In this document: positions 52,117 to 53,441 of the stretch, piece after piece
How positions within the stretch are numbered: position 1 is the stretch's first letter
How the letters are laid out: each line of letters opens with the position of its first letter
Source of the DNA: Girardia tigrina
Taxonomy: Eukaryota
Direction: 5' to 3'
NCBI GenBank assembly: GCA_001938485.1
Contig: MQRK01178215.1
Coordinates: 1-53,441, forward strand
Length of the DNA stretch: 53,441 bases
Notes under the pieces: generated by a model
Database searches by the model: none
What the model saw: only the letters and a program-made list of their open reading frames with translations
Told to the model about the DNA's origin: nothing
Made by a program: the position numbers and the translations under genes

Positions 52117-53329
52117 TATTGGGTTGAGGAATAAGTTCCCGCCGTTTTTTGAAAAATTAAAATTTTATTTTTTAACAAAAGAGTCACTACAAATCACAAA
52201 TGTAATCTCCGCCATTGTTCACGACTTCTTCCCAACGTTCAACGAGTTTATCAATGCCTCTTTGGTAGAAATCGCCCGGTCTTGACTGGAAGAATTCAGC
52301 ACACCAAACTTGCAGTTCTCCATCATTGTTGAACGAAGCACCACGCAAAGCGTTAGAAAGCGAACGGAAAAGATGAAAATCAGATAGAGCCATGTCAGGT
52401 GAATACGGAGGGTGCGGTAGCACTTCCCAACCAAGCGTTCGAATGGCTTGTTTTGTCATTCTGGCAATATGAGGACGTGCATTGTCGTGTTGCAAAATAA
52501 CACCATGTTGTCGATTCGGATGTTTTTGTCTTATAGCGGCGTTGAGTCTATGCAGCTGTTGAACATAAAGTTCTGCGTTCACTGCTTGGTTTCGAGGAAG
52601 CAATTCATAATGAATAATCCCTTCCCAACCCCACCAAACACATAGCATTGTCTTTCGTGGATGAAGATCCTGTTTTGCTCGCGGTGTCGATTGTTCTTCT
52701 CGGCTACCCCATTCTTTGCGCTGTTTCATGTTGAAGTATAGGCACCATTTTTCATCACCCGTTACAATTCGATAAAGAAATTGTGACCGTGAGTAGAGCG
52801 ATGACGGGCAAGCAAACTCGCCGAAATTGTGGATCGCTAGTTTTTGTTGTTTTCGGTCAAAAGATGTGGTACCCAAGCTCCCATTTTTTGAAGTTTTCCC
52901 ATTGATTTCAGGTGGTTCACGACAGATTTTTGATCACAATCCATTTGTTCCGCCAATTCTCGAGTGGTTTATCGCAAGTCTTCATGCAAAAGTTTGTTCA
53001 AACGCTCTTCATCGAATTCATTTGGTCGTCCTGAACGAGGTGCATCCTTGAGGTCAAAATTGCCAATTTTAAATTTTGCGAACCAATCACGAGCGGTTCT
53101 ATCAGCTTTAGCACCTTCTCCGTATACAGCACAAAGCTCTCGGGCAGCGTCTGCGGCTTTGGCGCCTCGATTATACGCAAACAATAGATGACGTCGGAAA
53201 TGCTCATTTTTGTCGACTTGATACTCCATTTCAATGGTCTAAAAATAGACAAAAATTAATCTGAATAAAAAAACAAAATACACCATTTTTTAGAGCAAAA
53301 CAATAGCTTTTAAATAACATATAACATTA
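52117..53329 (-). mobile_element. mariner (DD34D) element, frameshifted; 5' end interrupted by another Tc1/mariner element
   Basis: ORFs 52969-53229 (HTH, RSGRP) and 52187-52876 (TGDEKW, HDNARPH, YSPDMALSDFHLF); TIR tattgggttgaggaataagttccc. Confidence 0.93.
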
Positions 53330-53441
53330 CAGGGTGCGGCAGCTATTTGAGAACACGTAATATAGACACCATATCTTTTTGTGTGTTATAATTACATAAT
53401 TTTATTTTTGCTGGTAGACATGGCAGAAGCTACTCTTACGA
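53330..53441 (+). mobile_element. left end of a second copy of the 25858-26679 Tc1/mariner element
   Basis: Near-identical to the reverse complement of 26568-26679, preceded by TA. Confidence 0.92.

Noticed and set aside
1-53441. CRISPR arrays, tRNA/rRNA genes, prokaryotic operons
   Set aside because: None seen; the content is eukaryotic TE-derived.

Overview
Very AT-rich eukaryotic (invertebrate-like) genomic DNA with four N gaps, made up almost entirely of nested, decayed transposable elements. These include Tc1/mariner, hAT, MULE, Gypsy fragments and solo LTRs, three Penelope-like elements (PLEs, two with hammerhead ribozyme motifs) and an RTE-like LINE lineage with C-terminal C2H2 zinc fingers. 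One intronless Ser/Thr kinase ORF is the only apparently intact cellular-type gene. Three observations stand out. (1) A tail-less LINE and a ~350-410 bp non-coding partner element (5' HDV-like ribozyme, LINE-like 3' hairpin) each abut the same nucleotide of the YIG(E/D)T motif of two different Penelope GIY-YIG endonucleases, which suggests a retroelement pair that targets another retroelement. (2) A 1.34 kb TG..CA insertion with a perfect 5-bp target-site duplication (TSD), nested in a hAT element, carries a Nup214-like beta-propeller gene fragment. (3) A second similar 1.19 kb TG..CA-like cassette sits in a Tc1 element. All calls were made by eye; no database searches were run.
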